Program-made: the position numbers and the translations under genes
Origin: Bryobacteraceae bacterium
GTDB taxonomy: Bacteria; Acidobacteriota; Terriglobia; Bryobacterales; Bryobacteraceae
Assembly: GCA_036557945.1 (NCBI GenBank)
Contig: DATBGM010000054.1
Coordinates: 4,188 to 68,187, forward strand
Length of the DNA stretch: 64,000 nucleotides
Reading direction: 5' to 3'
Shown here: piece after piece, positions 27,592 through 37,543 of the stretch
Layout of the letters: each line of letters opens with the position of its first letter
Numbering within the stretch: position 1 is the stretch's first letter
The notes under the pieces: generated by a model
What the model was told of the DNA's origin: nothing
What the model saw: the letters and a program-made list of their open reading frames with translations, nothing else
Databases searched by the model: none

Positions 27592-28266
27592 CTAAACCTT
27601 GAGTGCAAAGGCCTCGCGGGCCGTTTTTTCCATATGACGCACCGCTTCGGCGGCGTCCTTCGTACCGAAAACCGAAGAACCGGCCACCACCCAGTCAACT
27701 CCGGCGCGGGCCACGTCGGCAATATTTTCCCGATCGATGCCGCCGTCGATTTCGATGGCAAAATCCAGGTTCCGTTCGGCCCGGATACGCGCCAACTGGC
27801 GAACCTTGGCAAGCGACTTGGGAATAAACTTCTGGCCTCCGTAGCCGGGATTGACACTCATGACGAGTACGTAGTCGACGATATCGAGCACCTCCGTAAG
27901 TACCGCGACCGGAGTGGCCGGATTGATCACGACCCCGGCTTTTGCGCCATGATCCCGGATCATATGCAGCGTGCGGTCGAGATTCCGGCAGACTTCGTAA
28001 TGCACGCTCACACAATCGGCTCCGGCTTTGATGAAGATAGGAGCGTAGGTATCGGGGTCCTCAATCATCAGGTGATGATCGAGTTTGACGTTTGTGGCGC
28101 GCCGGATGGATTCAGTAATCGGCGTCCCCATGGTGAAATTAGGGACAAAATGGCCGTCCATGATATCGACATGGATCATCTCGGCGCCGGCGCTTTCGAC
28201 CGAGCGAATCTCTTCGCCCAGCCGCATGAAATTCGCGGCGAAGATAGAGGGAACGATCTGAATCAC
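27592..28266 (-). CDS. rpe: ribulose-phosphate 3-epimerase
   Basis: HVDIMDGHFVPN and MSVNPGYGGQKF motifs. Confidence 0.95.
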   Translation of the reverse strand: MIQIVPSIFAANFMRLGEEIRSVESAGAEMIHVDIMDGHFVPNFTMGTPITESIRRATNVKLDHHLMIEDPDTYAPIFIKAGADCVSVHYEVCRNLDRTLHMIRDHGAKAGVVINPATPVAVLTEVLDIVDYVLVMSVNPGYGGQKFIPKSLAKVRQLARIRAERNLDFAIEIDGGIDRENIADVARAGVDWVVAGSSVFGTKDAAEAVRHMEKTAREAFALKV

Positions 28267-28417
28267 TCGTGCCTAACGAATAGCCGAAGGTATAGCCCGG
28301 GCCCCGGTAGCCGTGGCTTTCGGATCATTTTGATGGTATCACGTATGCGGCCGCCCGGGCCGGTCCCACCAAATGGCTATTCCCTGGGCTCCTAAGTTTC
28401 TGAAGGTCCGTTGGAAA

Positions 28418-29821
28418 ATGAAAGAGATGGCTGGCTCAAAACGCACTGAATCCGACAGCATGGGCAAAATTGAGGTCCCTTCCGACCGCTATTGGGGTGC
28501 CCAGACCCAGCGTTCTCTTCGATACTTCGATATCGGCGAGGACCGCATGCCACCCGAACTGGTTCGCGCGTTTGGAATTCTGAAGAAAGCCGCCGCGCTG
28601 GTGAACCGCGATTTGGGCAAGCTGGACCAGGAGCGGGCGCGCCTGATCAGCCAGGCGGCCGACGAGGTGATCGCGGGCAAGCTGAACGATCATTTCCCGC
28701 TGCACATCTGGCAGACCGGAAGCGGCACCCAGACCAACATGAACGCCAACGAGGTGATCTCGAACCGCGCGATTGAGCTTTCCGGCGCTGAAATGGGCAG
28801 CAAGAAGCCGGTACATCCGAACGATCACGTGAACATGTCGCAATCTTCCAATGACACGTTTCCGGCCGCCATGCATATTGCCGCCGCAGCAGTGGTGAAA
28901 GAACGGCTGATTCCCGCGGTTGATGCGCTTCGTAAGACGCTTGCCGGAAAAGCCGAGGCTTTTAAAGACATCGTAAAAATCGGCCGCACGCATCTGCAGG
29001 ATGCCACTCCACTGACCGTGGGACAGGAGTTTTCCGGCTGGGTGGCGCTGCTCGAGCGCGATGTAGCGCGGCTGGAAATGGCATTAGATGGTCTTTACGA
29101 TCTGGCGATCGGAGGCACGGCGGTGGGAACGGGGCTCAACGCGCATCCGGAGTTCGGCGAACGCGTGGCGCGTACCGTCTCGGAGTTGACAGGCTTGCCG
29201 TTCCGCTCGCACCCCAATAAATTCGCCGCGCTTTCGGCGCATGACGAAATGGTGTTTGCGAGCGGCGCTCTGAAGACCCTCGCGGCATCCCTGATGAAAA
29301 TTGCCAATGACGTGCGCTGGCTGGCGTCGGGCCCACGCTGCGGTCTGGGTGAAATTACGATTCCGGAGAATGAGCCGGGCTCTTCGATCATGCCCGGCAA
29401 GGTGAACCCCACGCAGTGCGAAGCGATGACCATGGTTGCCGTACAGGTGATGGGCAATGATGCCGCGATCGGGATCGCCGGATCGCAGGGAAATTTTCAA
29501 CTGAATGTGTTCAAGCCGGTTATCATTCACAATTTCCTGCAATCGGTGCGGCTTCTGACCGATGCCTGCCGCAGTTTCCGCGAGCATTGCGCAGCGGGAA
29601 TTGAAGTGAACCAGGAACAGGTCGATTCCTATGTGCAGAATTCGCTGATGCTGGTTACGGCACTAAGCCCTGTGGTCGGCTACGACAGATCGGCGCAGAT
29701 CGCGCACACGGCACATGTGGACCGATCGAGTTTGCGGGAAGCCGCCATCAAGCTCGGATTTTTGAGCGGCGAGGAATTCGACCGCTGGGTAAAAGCCGAA
29801 AAAATGACTTCGCCAGGTTAG
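28418..29821 (+). CDS. fumC: class II fumarate hydratase
   Basis: [15 protein letters not shown] signature and WGAQTQRS N-terminal motif. I chose the ATG at 28418; 28427 is an alternative. Confidence 0.95.
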   Translation: MKEMAGSKRTESDSMGKIEVPSDRYWGAQTQRSLRYFDIGEDRMPPELVRAFGILKKAAALVNRDLGKLDQERARLISQAADEVIAGKLNDHFPLHIWQTGSGTQTNMNANEVISNRAIELSGAEMGSKKPVHPNDHVNMSQSSNDTFPAAMHIAAAAVVKERLIPAVDALRKTLAGKAEAFKDIVKIGRTHLQDATPLTVGQEFSGWVALLERDVARLEMALDGLYDLAIGGTAVGTGLNAHPEFGERVARTVSELTGLPFRSHPNKFAALSAHDEMVFASGALKTLAASLMKIANDVRWLASGPRCGLGEITIPENEPGSSIMPGKVNPTQCEAMTMVAVQVMGNDAAIGIAGSQGNFQLNVFKPVIIHNFLQSVRLLTDACRSFREHCAAGIEVNQEQVDSYVQNSLMLVTALSPVVGYDRSAQIAHTAHVDRSSLREAAIKLGFLSGEEFDRWVKAEKMTSPG

Positions 29822-29844
29822 CGGTAAGCGCGGGTCGGCCGTCG

Positions 29845-30351
29845 TCAGATGAACATTTCTTCGTCCGAGGTGGCGTGATCCACCGTGGAACGGCTGGCGC
29901 GGCCAAAATGCTGAATCGCCGTACGGACCCCGCTCAGGACTCCGTGTACTTCGCGGATAGGACGTAAGACGGTGCGCTGAACAACGGAAACCGTGCTTTG
30001 CACGCGTGTCATCGTATCGTCCAGCACCATCTCGGCGCGCTCCATCTGAACCTTGGCGCGAGTCGATGCATCGCTCAGCAGATCATCTACTTTGACAAGC
30101 TGCTGCCTGGTGACTTCGAGAATGCCGAGACTCGTCGAGGCGATCCGGTCCGTGCTTTTTTCCACGCCGTGGGCCGTCCGTTTGGCAATCCTTACTGTCT
30201 CCTGAATCTCCGGCCATAAAGCGAACAGTTTCTCGCGCACCTGGCGCGCGACGAGAAACATGCCAATCAGCGAAACCGCCTGGATGAGGAGAGCAATCGC
30301 CGAGATGGCTATAAAAACAGTCAGGAGAATGAGCAGAGTATGTTCGTCCAT
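29845..30351 (-). CDS. membrane-anchored helical protein (DUF948-like), function unknown
   Basis: One N-terminal TM helix (LLILLTVFIAISAIALLIQAVSLIGMFLV) followed by a long helical region. It lies downstream of a YtxH gene. The family call is weak. Confidence 0.45.
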   Translation of the reverse strand: MDEHTLLILLTVFIAISAIALLIQAVSLIGMFLVARQVREKLFALWPEIQETVRIAKRTAHGVEKSTDRIASTSLGILEVTRQQLVKVDDLLSDASTRAKVQMERAEMVLDDTMTRVQSTVSVVQRTVLRPIREVHGVLSGVRTAIQHFGRASRSTVDHATSDEEMFI

Positions 30352-30397
30352 TTCGGGCGGCCTTGACCAGGTTGTCGATCAACGCGAGGAAGGGTGA

Positions 30398-30772
30398 CTA
30401 CAGATTCTCCGTGCTGGCGCCCTGACCGGCTGAGGTGGCACGCGAAGCGGCAGCTTTCACGTCACCCACAGCGTCCCGATATGCCTGTTTGCCTGCTTCG
30501 ACAGCGGCGCTCAGATTCTCCTTTTGCTGGCTGACGGTGGAACGGCCCCGCTCATAGAGATCGGACGCTGAGTGCTTAAGATCTTCGGTGCGTTGCCGGA
30601 CGTAATCCGAGCCTTCCTGAGCACGGCTCTTCAGATAATCGGCTCCTTCGCCCGCTTTATCTGCAAGAAAAGCGCGCGTCTCCTCGCCGGACCGGGGCGC
30701 CCAAAGCAGGCCGGCTGCTACGCCGATACCGAGGCCGAGAAGAAAATAACCAAAGCCGCTTTTTTCCTCCAT
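30398..30772 (-). CDS. YtxH-domain protein
   Basis: GYFLLGLGIGVAAGLLWAPRSGEETR matches the YtxH signature. A strong AAGGAG lies upstream of the ATG. Confidence 0.7.
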   Translation of the reverse strand: MEEKSGFGYFLLGLGIGVAAGLLWAPRSGEETRAFLADKAGEGADYLKSRAQEGSDYVRQRTEDLKHSASDLYERGRSTVSQQKENLSAAVEAGKQAYRDAVGDVKAAASRATSAGQGASTENL

Positions 30773-30863
30773 TGCTAAATCTCCTTACTGTTTCCTGAAT
30801 TGAGGATGTGAGTTGCAGTTAACATTCTGTAGAGCATGCTACAGTAGCAAACGTTTCAACGGG

Positions 30864-31400
30864 ATGGCGGCGCGGCGCGGATCCAGAAAGCTCGATAGCC
30901 AGGCGTTGTGGGACTTTGCGCTCGGCGCGCTGGCAGGGCGCGCGCATTCGGCCGCGGAACTCAAACGAAAGCTCATGCGAAGAGCGGAATTACCCTCCGA
31001 TGTTATCGCAACTCTTTCGCGCCTGCGTGAATACGGGCTTTTAGACGATCAGAAGTTTTCCGATTCGTACGCCGCGGCGCGGCTGGCTAATCAGGGTTTC
31101 GGCAAGTTTCGCGTGTTGCGGGATTTACGAGCCAGGCAAGTGGCCGCAAATATTGCGGACAAGGCTGTCAAAGCAGCATTCGCTTCCACCGATGAGCGGG
31201 AACTGGCGGCGAACTTCCTGCTGCGGAAATACCGGGGCAAAGATCTGAGCGAAGTTCTGCAGGACGACAAAAATTTTGCGGCAGCGTACCGGCGGCTCCG
31301 TGTTGCCGGATTCAGCTCAGGCGCAGCGCTGGACGTTTTGCGGCGATACAACCGGCGCGCGAACGAGTGGGAGCCGGGTGAAGAAGAAACGAGCGAGTAA
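30864..31400 (+). CDS. recX: regulatory protein RecX
   Basis: RAHSAAELKRKLMRR...LREYGLLDDQKFSDSYAAARL repeats typical of RecX; ATG at 30864. Confidence 0.8.
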   Translation: MAARRGSRKLDSQALWDFALGALAGRAHSAAELKRKLMRRAELPSDVIATLSRLREYGLLDDQKFSDSYAAARLANQGFGKFRVLRDLRARQVAANIADKAVKAAFASTDERELAANFLLRKYRGKDLSEVLQDDKNFAAAYRRLRVAGFSSGAALDVLRRYNRRANEWEPGEEETSE

Positions 31401-31501
31401 CGGCCGCCGTGCGCCGGTACCTGCTGTTCCGGTTGCCATACACCCGGTTTGTGTCCATTGCAGGAAATCACAACGAGATGTTTAGAAAAATATTGCCGAT
31501 T

Positions 31502-31545
31502 GCGAGAAATATTTCTCGCGCATTCCGGCGGCGCGTGTGTATAAT
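31502..31545 (+). promoter_or_regulatory. perfect 18-bp palindrome (candidate operator) followed by a consensus TATAAT -10 box
   Basis: gcgagaaatatttctcgc at 31502-31519; TATAAT at 31540-31545, only 6 nt before the ATG at 31552. Confidence 0.4.
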
Positions 31546-31551
31546 TCCTGC

Positions 31552-32355
31552 ATGTCCGGCCTGGAACCACGACAGCCATCGCAATACGGAAAAGCAAACG
31601 TGCGCGTGTATTCAACGCTCCAGGCCTTGGGAAAAGCGGCTGCCGAGCGCGCGGCCCGGATTATTCAGGATGCGGTGCAGGCGCGCGGCCATGCCCGCGT
31701 GATTGCCGCTACCGGCAATTCGCAGCTTCCTCTGGCCGCGGAATTGGTAGAGCAGCCGGTCGACTGGAGCGCGGTCGATCTTTTTCACATGGACGAGTAC
31801 ATCGCTCTTGCTGAGAACCATCCATCGAGCTTTCGCTATTGGATTCGGACGCGCCTGGCGGACAAGGTGCATCCGCGCCGAACACATTATTTGAACGGCA
31901 ACGCGGCGGATCTGGACCGGGAGATCAAACGCTACACGGAACTATTGCTGGCAGAGCCCGTGGACCTGGCTTTCGTCGGTTTTGGAGAGAACGGCCACAT
32001 CGCCTTCAATGATCCGCCGGTGGCAAATTTTCATGACCCGGCCACGGTGAAACGAATCGCCCTGGATGATGCATGCCGGCGGCAGCAGGCGGGCGAAGGA
32101 CATTTTCCGGATGAGGCTTCGGTGCCTCGAGAGGCGGTGACCATTACCTGTCCGGGGTTGTTCCGCGCCTCATCGTGGGTGTGCTGCGTTCCGGAGAAGC
32201 GCAAAGCCGAAGCCGTACGAAATGCACTGGAAGGACCGATTGCTGAAACGTGTCCCGCATCGCTGGTGCGGCGGCATCCGGATGCCTTCGTGTATCTCGA
32301 TATCGAATCGGCCTCGCTGCTCTCGTTCAAGCCGGAAGCAGTAAGCGAGGCCTGA
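31552..32355 (+). CDS. glucosamine-6-phosphate deaminase / 6-phosphogluconolactonase family protein (NagB-like)
   Basis: VIAATGNSQLPL, DLFHMDEY and GFGENGHIAFNDP motifs. I prefer the ATG at 31552; the GTG at 31537 would lie inside the -10 box. Confidence 0.75.
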   Translation: MSGLEPRQPSQYGKANVRVYSTLQALGKAAAERAARIIQDAVQARGHARVIAATGNSQLPLAAELVEQPVDWSAVDLFHMDEYIALAENHPSSFRYWIRTRLADKVHPRRTHYLNGNAADLDREIKRYTELLLAEPVDLAFVGFGENGHIAFNDPPVANFHDPATVKRIALDDACRRQQAGEGHFPDEASVPREAVTITCPGLFRASSWVCCVPEKRKAEAVRNALEGPIAETCPASLVRRHPDAFVYLDIESASLLSFKPEAVSEA

Positions 32356-32356
32356 G

Positions 32357-33316
32357 ATGCGAGCAATCGCCGGCCTGCTGCTGATCGCTTCTTTGTGCGC
32401 GGGCGCGCAGGTAGAACTCAAGCGCTCCGGAAATGAAATCGAAGTGAAGGTGGACGGCAAGCCGTTTACCACCTACTATTTCGATCCGGAGGTTGCCAAG
32501 CCGTACATGATGCCCTTACGAACGGCTACGGGCGTGGTAGTGACACGTGGTTTTCCTGTTGGTAACTCGGCCTCGATGGGCAATCCGAAAGCGAGCTCGT
32601 TTGAGCCGCACCAGCGGCCGCTGTATTTCGGACACGGCGACATCGACGGTCTCGACTTCTGGCAGGAACAGGTTTTCGATCGTTACTACACGGATCACGG
32701 GCGCCAGGCTTACGGCCATGTCGTATTGAAGGATGTGGAAGAGTCGAGCGGTGATCGCATTCGGGCCGGCTTCACGCTGCGCAGCCCGAATAACCGCGAA
32801 ATCGGCGCTGAGGCGCAAACCTTCGTTTTTTCCGGTGATGCGCAGACGCGTGTAATCGATTGCGACATTGTTCTCACCGCGACTCACGGTCCTCTTGATT
32901 TGGGCGATACAAAGGAAGGCACCTTTGCGCTCCGGCTCGCTCCGGAGTTGAGCGCGCCACATGTTCGCATGATCAATTCGCAAGCCGCTGAGGGCGAGAA
33001 AGCGATCTGGGGCAAGCCGGCCGACTGGGTGGATTACAGCGGAACTTTTCATGGGAAGCGCGTCGATGTCGCGGTGTTCGATTCGCCCAAGAGTTTTCGT
33101 CATCCCACCACCTGGCACGCGCGCGCCTATGGACTCTTCGCTGCGAATCCGTTCGGCATCCGCGAATTCACCGGCGATCCGAACAAGGACGGCAGCTGGA
33201 CAATTCCCGAAGGAAAGTCGCTGCGCTTTCGTTATCGCGTCCTGATTCATGAAGGCGAATTCACGCCGGGCGAGATCGGCAAAGCCTACGCCGAATACGC
33301 CGCCGGAGAAAAATAG
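32357..33316 (+). CDS. PmoA-family (DUF6807-like) secreted protein
   Basis: Signal peptide MRAIAGLLLIASLCAGAQ. KPYMMPLRTATGVVVT and HQRPLYFGHGDIDGLDFW resemble the PmoA/DUF6807 family. Confidence 0.65.
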   Translation: MRAIAGLLLIASLCAGAQVELKRSGNEIEVKVDGKPFTTYYFDPEVAKPYMMPLRTATGVVVTRGFPVGNSASMGNPKASSFEPHQRPLYFGHGDIDGLDFWQEQVFDRYYTDHGRQAYGHVVLKDVEESSGDRIRAGFTLRSPNNREIGAEAQTFVFSGDAQTRVIDCDIVLTATHGPLDLGDTKEGTFALRLAPELSAPHVRMINSQAAEGEKAIWGKPADWVDYSGTFHGKRVDVAVFDSPKSFRHPTTWHARAYGLFAANPFGIREFTGDPNKDGSWTIPEGKSLRFRYRVLIHEGEFTPGEIGKAYAEYAAGEK

Positions 33317-34525
33317 TTGACGATCTCCAGGGACCGGCGGCGCTGGTGGTTGATCTGGACACTGTTTTGCTCGACCGCGATCAACTACGTCAGCCGGCAA
33401 ACGCTCTCGGTGCTCGCGCCGGTGATTACGCAGGAATTTCACCTGAGTCATACCGGGCTTTCGAACGTTTTCGGCGCTTTTCAATTTGCCTATGCGGGCA
33501 TGTGGCTCGTCGGCGGAATTTTTCTGGATCGCGTAGGCACACGTATCGGCCTGTCCGTCGCGGTGGTCTGGTGGTCGCTCATGAGCGTGCTGACGAGCTT
33601 CGTGCATTCGGCATTTTCACTCGGCATCCTGCGCTTCTTGCTCGGAATGGGTGAAGGATTGAACTGGCCGGGTGCAAGCAAGGCAGTGGCGGAATTTTTT
33701 CCGGCGGAAGAGCGCAGCGTGGCCGTTGCCATTTTCGATAGCGGATCGAGTGTAGGCGGCGCAGTAGCCGCGCTTTCGATTCCCTGGATCGCACTCGAGT
33801 TCGGCTGGCGTGCGGCCTTCGTCTTCTCCGGGCTTCTGGGATTTGTTTGGCTGGCGATGTGGCTCTTGGTATACCCGCGCGGCCGGAGGATTGCTGCGCC
33901 GGCGACGGCAGCAAGCTGGCTTCCGGTTTTGAAGAAACGCGAAACCTGGGCAATTGTGCTGGGGCGCTCGCTCACCGATCCGATCTGGTGGTTTTATGTT
34001 TTCTGGCTGCCGCAATATTTGAGCGACACACGCGGCTTCAGCTTAAAACAGATTGCCGCTTTTGCCTGGATTCCGTTTGTAGCGGCAGACATCGGAAACT
34101 TCACCGGTGGGCTCATTTCAGGTGCGCTCGTGAAGCGAGGCTTGCCGGTGCTTGCAGCCCGCAAGTGGGTGTGCGCGATCAGTTGCCTCCCGGTGCTGGC
34201 CGGCATTCCGGCGGTATTAGCGGCGAGTCCGTATTCATCGCTGGCGCTGGTTTGCCTGGCATTATTCGGATACGCTAGCTGGTCGACGATGGGGCTCACC
34301 TTGCCTTCGGATTTGTTCCCGCCGGAAGTCGTAGCCACGGTAACGGGATTGAGCGGACTGGCGGCAGGACTCGCGGGTGCGGGGTTCACAATGCTGGTCG
34401 GCGTGCTGGTCGATCGCTTCTCTTACGTGCCGGCATTCGTCCTCGCCGCCACGGCACCAATCGTGGCAACCTTCTGTGTGTTGTTTCTGATCCCACGACG
34501 TGCGGCGGAGCTGGTCGAGGTATGA
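33317..34525 (+). CDS. MFS transporter (hexuronate/sugar-acid type)
   Basis: 12-TM pattern; the N-terminus WWLIWTLFCSTAINYVSRQTLSVLAPVI is typical of ExuT-like MFS proteins. Confidence 0.85.
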   Translation: MTISRDRRRWWLIWTLFCSTAINYVSRQTLSVLAPVITQEFHLSHTGLSNVFGAFQFAYAGMWLVGGIFLDRVGTRIGLSVAVVWWSLMSVLTSFVHSAFSLGILRFLLGMGEGLNWPGASKAVAEFFPAEERSVAVAIFDSGSSVGGAVAALSIPWIALEFGWRAAFVFSGLLGFVWLAMWLLVYPRGRRIAAPATAASWLPVLKKRETWAIVLGRSLTDPIWWFYVFWLPQYLSDTRGFSLKQIAAFAWIPFVAADIGNFTGGLISGALVKRGLPVLAARKWVCAISCLPVLAGIPAVLAASPYSSLALVCLALFGYASWSTMGLTLPSDLFPPEVVATVTGLSGLAAGLAGAGFTMLVGVLVDRFSYVPAFVLAATAPIVATFCVLFLIPRRAAELVEV

Positions 34526-36642
34526 ATCGACGAGACTGGCTGATCCGTGTTTCGACGCTCGCTGCTTTGTCCAGGATGCGTGCAGCCGAGCTGTCCGGCT
34601 TTTATTACCGCGATTACTCGAAATGCCTGCCCGACTATCTGACGAAACTGGCGCGCGCCGCCTATGAGAAGCGGAACCGTGAACTGGCCACGTTAACTTC
34701 CGCCGACGCCGTGCGCAAACGCCAGGCATGGGCGCGCGATACGCTCTGGAAACTGATCGGCGGTGAACCCGAGCGGACGCCGCTGCGCGCGCGCGTCACC
34801 GGGCGTTTTGAGCGCGAAACATACTCGGTCGAAAAAGTTATATATGAAAGCCGGCCGCGAACGGTGGTCAGCGCAAATGTCTACATTCCAAAGCGCGGCC
34901 GCGCGCCGTATCCGGGAGTGCTCTTCCAGATGGGGCATTCGGCCCTCGGTAAAGCGTATGCCTCGTATCAGAAGTGCTGCCAAGGTCTCGTGCAGCTCGG
35001 ATTTTTGGTGCTGGCTTTCGATCCGATGGGGCAGGGCGAGCGTATTGCCTACCCGGATTCGACGGGAATGGGCACCAGGCTTCCTTCCGTTGACGATGAG
35101 CATAGCGTGCCGGGCAAGCAGATGCTGCTGCTGGGCGACACCGCGTCGCGTTATCAGCTTTGGGACGCCATTAGAAGCTTGGACTACCTGGCCGCGAGGC
35201 CCGAGGTGGATGCGAAGCGCCTGGCATCGACCGGTCAATCGGGCGGCGGCACACTCACCATGCTGCTTGCCTGCGCCGATGAGCGCTTGAGTGCCGCTGC
35301 CGTGTCGTCCGGGAATACCGAGAACGTGGCCTGCGCGGATTTCGATCCCCCCGGCGCAACCGACGATGCCGAGCAGGATTTTATCGGCTCCGGCGCGGTT
35401 GGATTCGATCGTTGGGATGTGCTCTATCCGCTGGCGCCGAAGCCTCTGCTCGTGCAGGTAAGTGCGCGCGACTTCTTCGGCACGTACTCACCGCGTTACT
35501 TGAGCAACGGCCGCGAGGAATTCGAAAAACTGGCAAGCGTCTACCAGGTTCTCGGTAAGTCCGAGTGTCTGAGCTGGCAGAGCACGCCGCTGCCGCACGG
35601 CCTCACCTATGAGCTGCGGCTCGATATTTACAATTGGTTTCACCGCTGGCTGAACGGATCCGTCGAAAAGATCGACGTCGAGCCGCCGGTTGCGCTCGAA
35701 AATCCGCAAACACTTTGGACAGGTCCCACGGGCAGCGTGGTACACGATCACTCCAGCCTGCGCCCCTTTGACCTCGTTCGCAAGCGTGCTGACGAGGTGC
35801 ATTCGCGCATCGCTCTGAAGGACGTGTTGCCGGTTGAGCCGGCTGCTCCGCATCTGCGCCTGCGGCATCTTGCCTCAACTCCGCTCGACGGAGCGCGCGT
35901 TGAAGCTGTCGAATTGAGCACGGATGACGGCATATGGATACCTGCCTGGGTCTTCTCGCCGCTGCAGCCGGATGTGGGTAAACCGGTGCTATTGGCTCTC
36001 GACGATCGCGGCCGCAATCACGATGCGCACGAAGACGGCGCCTATCATCGCCTCGCGCGAGCCGGGCAGTTTGTCTGTGCGGCGGATATCCGCGGCATGG
36101 GCGACGCCCGGCCGGAAGTCGGACGCGGCAATCCGGCCTACACGATTCCGCATGATTCCGAAGAAGAATTTGCGTGGGCCTCTCTGATTCTTGGCAGATC
36201 TCTGCTTCGGCAGAGAATATCGGATATCCTGGCGCTCGCCAGAGCGATGAAAAATGAGGCCGGCAAACCGCTGCGGCTGGCCGCCCGCGGCCGCTTATGC
36301 GTGCCGGCCCTTTTCGCCTTCCACCACATGCCTGAGATCGACTCTCTGTATCTTGCGGCCGGCCTGCTTTCCTACGAAAACCTGCTGACGATGGAAAACT
36401 ATTCCGAGCCGCTGGCCAACTTCGACTGGCGCTTGTTCGAAGCGACCGATTTGCCTTTCCTTGCGCGCGATTGCGCCCCCCGGGCGATCGAAATTGCCGG
36501 CGCCGTGGATGCAGCAAGCAAAACGCTGAGTATCGAACAAGTTCGCCGGGCCTATGAGTCGTCGCATGTAAGCATCTCAGCGTCGGCTCTTTGGCCCCCC
36601 GGCGAAGCAAAACTTGCGGTTCCGCGATCCGGCAGGAGATAA
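34522..36642 (+). CDS. Tat-signal alpha/beta hydrolase (acetyl-esterase / peptidase S9-like)
   Basis: N-terminal MNRRDWLIRVSTLAALS twin-arginine-like motif and a nucleophile elbow GQSGGG. It overlaps the MFS gene by 4 nt. Confidence 0.6.
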   Translation: MNRRDWLIRVSTLAALSRMRAAELSGFYYRDYSKCLPDYLTKLARAAYEKRNRELATLTSADAVRKRQAWARDTLWKLIGGEPERTPLRARVTGRFERETYSVEKVIYESRPRTVVSANVYIPKRGRAPYPGVLFQMGHSALGKAYASYQKCCQGLVQLGFLVLAFDPMGQGERIAYPDSTGMGTRLPSVDDEHSVPGKQMLLLGDTASRYQLWDAIRSLDYLAARPEVDAKRLASTGQSGGGTLTMLLACADERLSAAAVSSGNTENVACADFDPPGATDDAEQDFIGSGAVGFDRWDVLYPLAPKPLLVQVSARDFFGTYSPRYLSNGREEFEKLASVYQVLGKSECLSWQSTPLPHGLTYELRLDIYNWFHRWLNGSVEKIDVEPPVALENPQTLWTGPTGSVVHDHSSLRPFDLVRKRADEVHSRIALKDVLPVEPAAPHLRLRHLASTPLDGARVEAVELSTDDGIWIPAWVFSPLQPDVGKPVLLALDDRGRNHDAHEDGAYHRLARAGQFVCAADIRGMGDARPEVGRGNPAYTIPHDSEEEFAWASLILGRSLLRQRISDILALARAMKNEAGKPLRLAARGRLCVPALFAFHHMPEIDSLYLAAGLLSYENLLTMENYSEPLANFDWRLFEATDLPFLARDCAPRAIEIAGAVDAASKTLSIEQVRRAYESSHVSISASALWPPGEAKLAVPRSGRR

Positions 36643-36670
36643 GTCGGTAGGCCGCAGTGTCGCCAGCGCT

Positions 36671-37540
36671 TTACTGCAACCTGCCCATTCGGCCCGCCCG
36701 GTAATCCTCGAAAGCCTGCCGCAGCTCGGCTTCCGTGTTCATGACAAACGGCCCGTAGCTGGCGACGGGTTCGTTGATCGGCTCGCCGCTCAGCACCAGG
36801 ATCAACGACTCCGCTTTCGCCTCCAGCAGCACGCTTTCGCCTGATTCGCTTAAGCGCGCAACCTGGGCTTCACCTTTCAGCGCAGTCGTTCCATTCACGA
36901 GAACATCGCCGCGGAGCAGCACCAGCGCCGAATTCTGGCCCGGCGGCAAAGTGAATTCCCCACGCCCGCCGGCTTCCAGCCGCACGTCGAACACATGCAC
37001 CGGAGAAGACGTCGTCGCCGGGCCTTTCACCCCCATCAGTTCTCCGGCGATCACGCGGGCAAAAGCTGCGCTCCCCAAATCCACCTGCGGAATTTGCGCG
37101 CTCAGCAGGCCCTGGTAACGCGGCTTGGACATCTTGTATTTCGCCGGCAGGTTCACCCAGAGCTGCACCATTTCAAACGTTCCGCCTTTCGACGTAAACT
37201 CCCGGCCATGCATCTCTTCATGCACAACGCCCGAAGCCGCCGTCATCCACTGCACATCGCCCGGATTGATGGTGCCTGAGTTTCCTCCGGAATCGCGATG
37301 ATCGACGCTTCCCTGGTAGGCAATGGTCACCGTTTCAAACCCGCGATGTGGATGCTCTTCGACGCCGCGCGGCCGGTTTGACGGCTCAAATCGCCGGGGC
37401 CCCGCATAGTCCAACATCAAGAAGGGACTCAGGTCCCGCACACCGTGTGATGGAAGAAGCGTGCGAACGGGAAAACCGTCGCCCACCCAGTGCGAGCCTG
37501 CCGCTCCGTATACACCCAACACTTTCTTTTGTTCTGACAT
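36671..37540 (-). CDS. pirin family protein
   Basis: HPHRGFETVTIAYQG motif and a bicupin layout. Confidence 0.9.
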   Translation of the reverse strand: MSEQKKVLGVYGAAGSHWVGDGFPVRTLLPSHGVRDLSPFLMLDYAGPRRFEPSNRPRGVEEHPHRGFETVTIAYQGSVDHRDSGGNSGTINPGDVQWMTAASGVVHEEMHGREFTSKGGTFEMVQLWVNLPAKYKMSKPRYQGLLSAQIPQVDLGSAAFARVIAGELMGVKGPATTSSPVHVFDVRLEAGGRGEFTLPPGQNSALVLLRGDVLVNGTTALKGEAQVARLSESGESVLLEAKAESLILVLSGEPINEPVASYGPFVMNTEAELRQAFEDYRAGRMGRLQ

Positions 37541-37543
37541 TTC

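Noticed and set aside
27588-27857. Long N-terminal extensions of the longest ORFs: bamD-like to 27857, cysN to 57482, ftsW to 14356, BON to 1496, GalU-like to 6884, recX from 30813, peptidase from 23905.
   Set aside because: The extensions overlap the neighbouring upstream gene or lack signal-peptide logic. Internal starts coincide with SD sequences, lipobox or signal peptides, or stop/start overlaps typical of operon coupling.
30827-30844. CTGTagagcatgctACAG palindrome about 20 nt upstream of recX, reminiscent of an E. coli-type LexA box.
   Set aside because: The spacing is CTGT-N10-ACAG, not the N8 of the gammaproteobacterial SOS box. To my knowledge the LexA box reported for Acidobacteria is a GTTC-N7-GTTC direct repeat, which I do not see here. 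I treat it as a chance or uncharacterised palindrome.
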